From positions 1 to 63,965 of IMG/VR virus record IMGVR_UViG_3300033145_000191: 63,965 nt of DNA; one strand, written 5' to 3'. Position 1 is the stretch's first letter; each line of letters starts with the position of its first letter. Of this stretch, positions 58,417 through 63,965 are shown one piece after another. The translations under genes were made by a program, and so were the position numbers. This DNA is from a virus. Taxonomy: Duplodnaviria; Caudoviricetes. The notes beneath the pieces are model-generated. The model saw only the letters and a list, made by a program, of their open reading frames with translations. It was not told the origin of the DNA and did no database searches.

Positions 58417-59061
58417 ATGACTGTCATTGAACTTTGGGCTCATTACTTCAAATATCATGATAATAGGTCTTTTAATGACCTAATTAAAATATACCTTGCT
58501 GCGGGCGTGAGGTTTGTTTGTAGTAAAATCGAAGGACCGATTAGAGATTACAATTGGATAGAGTCAAAAGTCCTACAAGGTGTTCAGAGGGCGGTTAAGA
58601 CTTATGATCCAAAAATGTCGCCTAATTTTAAGTCCTGGCTAGTAACTGTGCTTTGGTATATTCCAGTTAAATATTTTCAAAGAGGAGAGTATACAGCACG
58701 ACCTAAACATTTAGCTTTAAGTGAATATCTTAATGACGAACACACTGATATAGTGGATGCTATAGATAATCATTCACCTGCTGATGCTATGTTAAGGGCA
58801 GAATTCTGGTTTCATATTAAACAATATTTAAGTCCTGTAGAATGGGTAGTTATAAAATGGTATTACCAAGAAGGTATATCAATGCCCACAATTGGAAAAT
58901 TCTTTAATTTTTCAAGTCAAGCTGCTTTATTCCGTATGAAAAAAGCCTTAGCAAAACTCAAGAGGCGATTACATATAACGGAAGTCCCTTCAACTAATTT
59001 TAGTGAACGGATTAGGGTAAGAACAAGTATTCCACCATCAATAGTGGCAAGGAGAAAGTAA
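58417..59061 (+). CDS. Second sigma70-family (FliA/SigF-like) factor
   Basis: GVQRAVKTYDPK...FKSW (region 2); LS..E..VI..YY.EGISM..IG...ALAKLK (region 4). Confidence 0.72.
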   Translation: MTVIELWAHYFKYHDNRSFNDLIKIYLAAGVRFVCSKIEGPIRDYNWIESKVLQGVQRAVKTYDPKMSPNFKSWLVTVLWYIPVKYFQRGEYTARPKHLALSEYLNDEHTDIVDAIDNHSPADAMLRAEFWFHIKQYLSPVEWVVIKWYYQEGISMPTIGKFFNFSSQAALFRMKKALAKLKRRLHITEVPSTNFSERIRVRTSIPPSIVARRK

Positions 59062-59522
59062 TGACACGACCAACGTGGGATGAATATTTCATAAATATGG
59101 TGAAATTAATTTCAACACGTAGCAAGGATGAGAATACTAAAATTGGATGTGTAATCGTCGGGCCTCATCATGAAGTGCGTTCAACAGGATATAATGGATT
59201 TCCACGGGGTATTAATGACAATGATCCCGAAAGACAGAGACGCCCGCAAAAGTATTATTACTTCGAGCATGCTGAGCGTAATGCAATCTACAATGCAGTG
59301 CGGCATGGTGTTGCTCTTGAAGGTTGTATACTATATTGTAAAGCAATGCCATGTGCTGACTGTGCTCGTGGGATTATCCAATCAGGTATTTTACAAGTGG
59401 TGCTTTCAACTTTTCAATTGGAGGGGCGGTGGGGTGATAGTTGTCAAGCAGGCTGGACAATGATGTGTGAATCAGGTATCATTGTTAGGTATATCGGGGA
59501 GAATACTGATGAGTCGGTCTAA
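59061..59522 (+). CDS. dCMP deaminase
   Basis: RPTWDEYF, TGYNG, HAERNAI, PCADC. Confidence 0.93.
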   Translation: MTRPTWDEYFINMVKLISTRSKDENTKIGCVIVGPHHEVRSTGYNGFPRGINDNDPERQRRPQKYYYFEHAERNAIYNAVRHGVALEGCILYCKAMPCADCARGIIQSGILQVVLSTFQLEGRWGDSCQAGWTMMCESGIIVRYIGENTDESV

Positions 59523-59940
59523 GAAAGATTATCATGCTTGCAATAAAATGCGTAATCCTAATAAAGGGCGGAATCGTGAGCGTAAAAAAGTTAAACGCAG
59601 ATTACGGGGATCGCTATGAAAAAAAAACTATTAAAATCTTCGAATGGCATTGTGCGAGAAGTAAGTGGCCCACAAAGTGAGATTAAGAACACAAACCTGT
59701 TAAAGCTATACGGTATACGGCAAGACTCAAGTGTGTTATTGCCAAGTGGCTAAAAGCAAGAGGTTGCTTTTATGCCTTTAGAAAAGGAAGATTGTTTATC
59801 GATACTAATACTAGCTACCGTGAACTTGTGGAAGAGGGCGAATGGATAGTTAAGCAACCTTTTGATCGTTGGCAGATAATAACTAACGCCGTATTTCGAA
59901 AAATATATGATGGGCCAATCTATACTAAGAAAGGATAGTC

Positions 59941-60627
59941 ATGAACGGCGTAAAACTTCTTACTGATAATTTGAGGGCTTGGGGTGGTTTTCAATATGAG
60001 TTTGGTAAAACTTATACAATACCTCGAGCAGAACAATGGGAAACTAGACTATTATGTTCTAGTGGATGGTATCATTTTTATGATTCCATCATCAAGTCAA
60101 TACTATTCAATGGTGGTGATGATCCACATTTTCAACGTTTGTTTCGTGTGGCTACTGGGGGTATTCACAGGACTAGTATACTGAGACTTGGTGTTATTGA
60201 AAAAGTAGGCTGCACCAGGATAAGATTAGTAGAAGAACTCCCAATCATTAGTCAAAGTATGTTTGAGATAGTTCAAACGATTCTAAGAATCAAATTCTTT
60301 AAGTATTTTAGTGGATGTCAGCAAGTAGTAAGGGCTGTTAAGTGGCCAATTACTTTGAAAAAGTTAGATGCTGTTAAAGTATTTGGCTATACTTCTAGGT
60401 ATACTTGGCCTGAAATGATTGCACGCATGTTCCACTCTATCTACAAGAATCAAGATTACCTTGCACGTTGTGCTTTTTCAGATATCTGTTTTCAGTGGTG
60501 TAAATTAGGTCTACCACTAAGTGCCTTTTCAAGAGTCTTGCGTCGGGTGTGTGGTGATGCATGGCCTAAAGAATATGATACTAATTACAAATATCTATAT
60601 CAGGGAAATTGTTATGAGTATAGTTAA
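59941..60627 (+). CDS. Hypothetical phage protein
   Basis: FQYEFGKTY...LCSSGWYHF motif common in phage accessory genes. Confidence 0.6.
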   Translation: MNGVKLLTDNLRAWGGFQYEFGKTYTIPRAEQWETRLLCSSGWYHFYDSIIKSILFNGGDDPHFQRLFRVATGGIHRTSILRLGVIEKVGCTRIRLVEELPIISQSMFEIVQTILRIKFFKYFSGCQQVVRAVKWPITLKKLDAVKVFGYTSRYTWPEMIARMFHSIYKNQDYLARCAFSDICFQWCKLGLPLSAFSRVLRRVCGDAWPKEYDTNYKYLYQGNCYEYS

Positions 60628-60817
60628 TAAATACGGGGTAAAAGTTGTATTGCCAAAAGTTGATATTGAAAGGCCAATAGCTCTTAGAGAATTTCGTTCT
60701 TGGGGTATGAAACTTTTGTATTATCGTGTTGGTCTTAGTCTTAATGATATTGGTAAGATTTTTGGAATCGGACATCAAGCTGTTAGTTACCATATCAATA
60801 AATTAAAGGAAAACTGA
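60614..60817 (+). CDS. Small HTH protein
   Basis: GLSLNDIGKIFGIGHQAVSYHI. Confidence 0.65.
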   Translation: MSIVNKYGVKVVLPKVDIERPIALREFRSWGMKLLYYRVGLSLNDIGKIFGIGHQAVSYHINKLKEN

Positions 60818-61032
60818 TGGCAAAAATCAACACAGTAAATAGTCAAGGTGTAGGTCTACATGGTATTGAAGTTGTAATCATGATACCTAAATCAAAAGAG
60901 GAAGCCTTACGGCATGCGGCTTATCTGGTAGCGATAGCCAGCATGATTAATGATAAGTGCCCAACATTCGAAGATATATTGGAGGCGGTTGAAAACAATA
61001 CTCTTAGGACCAATATTCAAATCACAGGGTGA
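60817..61032 (+). CDS. Hypothetical protein
   Basis: TGATG coupling, RBS. Confidence 0.55.
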   Translation: MAKINTVNSQGVGLHGIEVVIMIPKSKEEALRHAAYLVAIASMINDKCPTFEDILEAVENNTLRTNIQITG

Positions 61033-61320
61033 ATACACATGGAAAGAAATGAATGCTGAAGGAGAAACTGGATTTGCTGATTTGTGTAGTAATCCCACTG
61101 AAGCTAATTCTGTTCGTCGAAACATAGCACGATTGTATGGCGGCTTATGAAAGGAAATGATTTCGATCGGTTTGTTAAATTCTATAAGCTGATTAAGAAA
61201 CATGTAGGAGAATGTTATGAATCGTAATTGTGGGCGTCTTGTGCCTCAGTATATTCTGAGGGTAAATGGTATACATTTACCACAATCTAATTCAAAAGGG
61301 CCCGGTTTAAGTGTGAGGTG

Positions 61321-61420
61321 TGTTGCGTGTTGCGTGTTGCGTGTTGCGTGTTGCGTGTTGCGTGTTGCGTGTTGCGTGTTGCGTGTTGCGTGTTGCGTGT
61401 TGCGTGTTGCGTGTTGCGTG
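61321..61420. repeat. Tandem heptamer array (TGTTGCG)x14
   Basis: Perfect 7-bp period. Confidence 0.97.
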
Positions 61421-61905
61421 AGCAACGTTTACGAATAGTAAATATTGGAGTAATATACTAGTATTTCAAGTAAAAGCAAAGACTCTAAAAGGCGATTGGT
61501 TGGATGCAACCAAGGATGTTGATTTTATGCGTTGTGATGTTTAAAATCAATGGAATTTCAATAGTCCGAGGCATGATTCTAAAAAATGGACAAAAAAAGT
61601 TGTGTGTTTTAATAGTATCGCCTAACTAGTTTACTAACTAGCCGGGGGCCATGTTTAGGCTCCATATTTTCTTATTATCTTTTTTCATTTGATGATGTTT
61701 AAAGTGAGATTAAGATAGTTAGTGATGTAGTCAGTTGCCGAGAAATTGAAATCATGAATGGTGATTTGATGCAACTAATCAATACCTGCCATAATGGCAG
61801 TCGGCTTATGTCTTGACTGCAGTCATTAATTAGTAGCCATATAAATTTAATAAGACCATTGATTGTAATAATCAGCATTTTGATGGTATACCATCGAAAT
61901 TAAAT

Positions 61906-61952
61906 AAGTCTACTGGATTAAACAAGTCTATTGGATTAAACAAGTCTACTGG
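61906..61952. repeat. 18-bp direct repeat AAGTCTAYTGGATTAAAC, about 2.6 copies
   Basis: Units start at 61906, 61924, 61942. Confidence 0.85.
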
Positions 61953-61953
61953 G

Positions 61954-62145
61954 TGTTGTGTGTTGCGTGTTGCGTGTTGCGTGTTGCGTGTTGCGTGTTG
62001 CGTGTTGCGTGTTGCGTGTTGCGTGTTGCGTGTTGCGTGTTGCGTGTTGCGTGTTGCGTGTTGCGTGTTGCGTTTGCGTGTTGCGTGTTGCGTGTTGCGT
62101 GTTGCGTGTTGCGTGTTGCGTGTTGCGTGTTGCGTGTTGCGTGTT
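61954..62145. repeat. Tandem heptamer array (TGTTGCG), about 27 units
   Basis: One variant, 16 perfect units, one 6-bp variant (62073-62078), 9 perfect units. Confidence 0.97.
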
Positions 62146-62332
62146 TACAAGGATTGTCATTTTGGCAGGATTATGGTCTCTCAGTCAACCTGCCATTTTG
62201 GCAGTCTACTTATACCTCAACTGCCATTATGGCAGCCTCTAAAAGTAGTATGATTTTATTAATCTAATACAACCCTTAAGGAGTTTTGTGGGTGACCTCG
62301 CCTTATTGCAAATCGCCACTTTGAGGTTTAAT

Positions 62333-62474
62333 CAACACACCTTGCACAACACACCTTGCACAACACACCTTGCACAACACACCTTGCACAACACACCTTG
62401 CACAACACACCTTGCACAACACACCTTGCACAACACACCTTGCACAACCTTGCACAACACCTTGCACAACACAC
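62333..62474. repeat. Tandem 14-mer array (CAACACACCTTGCA)x8 plus shortened units
   Basis: 8 perfect units, then 10-bp and 12-bp variants; opposite strand bias to the heptamer arrays. Confidence 0.97.
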
Positions 62475-62631
62475 TTAAAGTGATTTCGGAAATCGTCATG
62501 CGGCAAGCGTTTTATACAAGCGGCAAGCGTGTTGTGTGTTGATTAATAATCAAGATTGTGAATCGGAAAGTGTTGACACAATTCCCCATATGTAATCTCA
62601 CCAGATGCAACAACAACACGCGGGACATTTG

Positions 62632-62880
62632 CTACTCGGTTGCTTGGTCGATAAGGTAGATTCCGAGATCGTTCAGTTGCTCATTGGTGGAATCCATGAA
62701 AGATTTATGTTTCACCTCTACTTGAATATCGAAATCAGTAGGCATTACCTCAACAACATAACCTTCGTTAACAGCAACTTGCACCAGAGCAAGTCCTTCG
62801 GTATCCCAATCAGGATTTGGGACATTGATTAAGAACGTGCGCTCCTTGTTTTCAACTATTCCTACTTTTGAAACAAACAT
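62632..62880 (-). CDS. Acidic hypothetical protein
   Basis: AGGAG RBS; 82 aa. Confidence 0.65.
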   Translation of the reverse strand: MFVSKVGIVENKERTFLINVPNPDWDTEGLALVQVAVNEGYVVEVMPTDFDIQVEVKHKSFMDSTNEQLNDLGIYLIDQATE

Positions 62881-63088
62881 GATTTAAATCTCCTAATACC
62901 CATTTGTCATTCGACTCTCATGATAAACAGATGCACGACATTCTCCTTTCAGAAAAGCGAGGATGGTCGGCCCCGTAGCCGGCCTTTAACATTTCGGTCG
63001 TGGGTCATTCCGACCACCCTCTGGATTGATTTTCGTATCCATGACCCGCATTGCCGCCTTGTCACCATTTCATAGTCTCACGATGAGA

Positions 63089-63965
63089 CTACTTCTTTGC
63101 AGGTGCCGGCGAGATTACAGCTTCCACAGCGGCATTGAGTTCCTCACGAACCTCGATGAGGGGATTCAAGCTTTCCAGCTTGTCCTCCAGGACGGCAGTC
63201 AACACCTGCGCGACGAGCTTGATCGGGAACTGCTTTGCGCAGGTCACGATTTTGCTCTTGGCAGCCATTTTCTGCTCGTTCTTCTTCTCTTTCGGATTCT
63301 TGAGGTAGGCGTCCACTGCTTTCGCCTCGGCTCCTTCTTCCTGCAGCTTGCGCATTTTCTCCTTGTCAAGGGGACCGAAGTCCAGTTCGCCCTTGACGAC
63401 TCGCTCAATCACCTTGAGCGAATTGTGGTTGCGGTCAAGCTGGCACAGAGCGTAGAGCTTCTGCCCGGTTCCATCCTTGAACACGTAGCGCATTCTTGAC
63501 TGCGTGCAACCCTCGAAGAACATCTTCTGAGCTGCTGACACGCGATCGACATTGGAGAGCGCACGTGTGCCATAATTCTTGTGCGTATTCTCCACAATAC
63601 AGTCCTCGAAGCGTTCCAGCTCATTCTCATACGTCTTGAGCAGGTAGGGGATTTCAGCAATCGCTGTCAGCCCCAGCTTGCGACGAACCGCATTGACTTC
63701 GGGAAGAAGCAGCATTCTGCGGAAACCAAAGACCTGGCCATACTCAGGTGATTTGACCTTGCCCTTGGCATTGCAGAACAAATCTTCCCACTCACGAAGA
63801 CAGTCTGAAGCAGACACAGTTATCTGCTTCCCTTCGTGGGCTACCGCGACATCATCAGTTGCAGCCTTGAGACCGGCGTGAATGGTTTCACGCTCCTTGA
63901 CGCCTTGTGCACTTTGCTCTTTCGACAACTTATAGATTCCGATAAGACCAAGATTCGGATTCCAG
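63089..63965 (-). CDS. Divergent ParB-like protein, C-terminal part (starts at 254 across the junction)
   Basis: VFGFRRM Arg patch; ENTHK...RALSNVD...AAQKMFFEGCTQ parallels ParB EN..R.DL...EA...G.TQ. Confidence 0.65.
   Translation of the reverse strand, partial: WNPNLGLIGIYKLSKEQSAQGVKERETIHAGLKAATDDVAVAHEGKQITVSASDCLREWEDLFCNAKGKVKSPEYGQVFGFRRMLLLPEVNAVRRKLGLTAIAEIPYLLKTYENELERFEDCIVENTHKNYGTRALSNVDRVSAAQKMFFEGCTQSRMRYVFKDGTGQKLYALCQLDRNHNSLKVIERVVKGELDFGPLDKEKMRKLQEEGAEAKAVDAYLKNPKEKKNEQKMAAKSKIVTCAKQFPIKLVAQVLTAVLEDKLESLNPLIEVREELNAAVEAVISPAPAKK
63852..63965. repeat. Terminal direct repeat, right copy
   Basis: Identical to 1-114. Confidence 0.95.

Larger units (their letters stand above)
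61786..62235. repeat. Palindromes CTGCCA-N3-TGGCAG (four copies)
   Basis: 61786-61800, 62154-62168 (degenerate), 62190-62204, 62221-62235. Confidence 0.8.

Noticed and set aside
2461-61032. Stop-codon reassignment
   Set aside because: Core genes are full length in the standard code, TAA, TAG and TGA all end genes, and no suppressor tRNA was seen
61321-62474. CRISPR array
   Set aside because: Units are contiguous with no unique spacers; the only Cas-related gene is a generic PD-(D/E)XK nuclease
61217-62542. ORFs encoding VACCVLR / ATRNTQH / HNTPCTT repeats
   Set aside because: The repeat units contain no stop codons in any frame, so these ORFs arise automatically; there is no independent coding evidence

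Overview
This window is an apparently complete, circularly assembled genome (63,851 bp; bases 1-114 repeat exactly at 63852-63965) of an AT-rich tailed dsDNA phage with a siphovirus-type tail. Layout: (i) packaging/head/tail operon, 2.4-23 kb (small terminase, lambda GpA-type large terminase, portal, scaffold, P22-coat-like capsid, tail tube, frameshifting tail chaperone, tape measure, tail tip); (ii) holin/spanin-like genes with no recognisable endolysin; (iii) a nine-gene glycosyltransferase/radical-SAM cluster, 24-30.7 kb; (iv) a leftward block (DEDDh exonuclease, Dam-like MTase, dATP/dGTP diphosphohydrolase, large primase-helicase); (v) a rightward replication block (two ParB-like proteins, SSB-like protein, ThyX-like remnant, SNF2 helicase, MazG, divergent PolA, VRR-NUC, NYN, C39-like peptidase); (vi) an early/accessory region (two sigma-like factors, HAD nucleotidase, minimal PolX, DNA ligase, PD-(D/E)XK nuclease, tRNA-Leu, dCMP deaminase, several structured intergenic segments); (vii) a non-coding convergence zone with GT-rich and CA-rich tandem arrays and palindromes, next to a third ParB-like gene that spans the assembly junction. 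I recognised no integrase, repressor, ParA, prohead protease or CRISPR array. Best leads: a shared N-terminal leader motif (K-x-[YF]-x-x-[LI]-W-[TM]-P-[AS]) on scaffold, capsid and tail tube, which may link to the phage C39-like peptidase and glycosylation cluster; and telomere-oriented repeat arrays with parS-like palindromes plus three ParB-fold proteins. All calls come from reading motifs by eye; no database searches were run.
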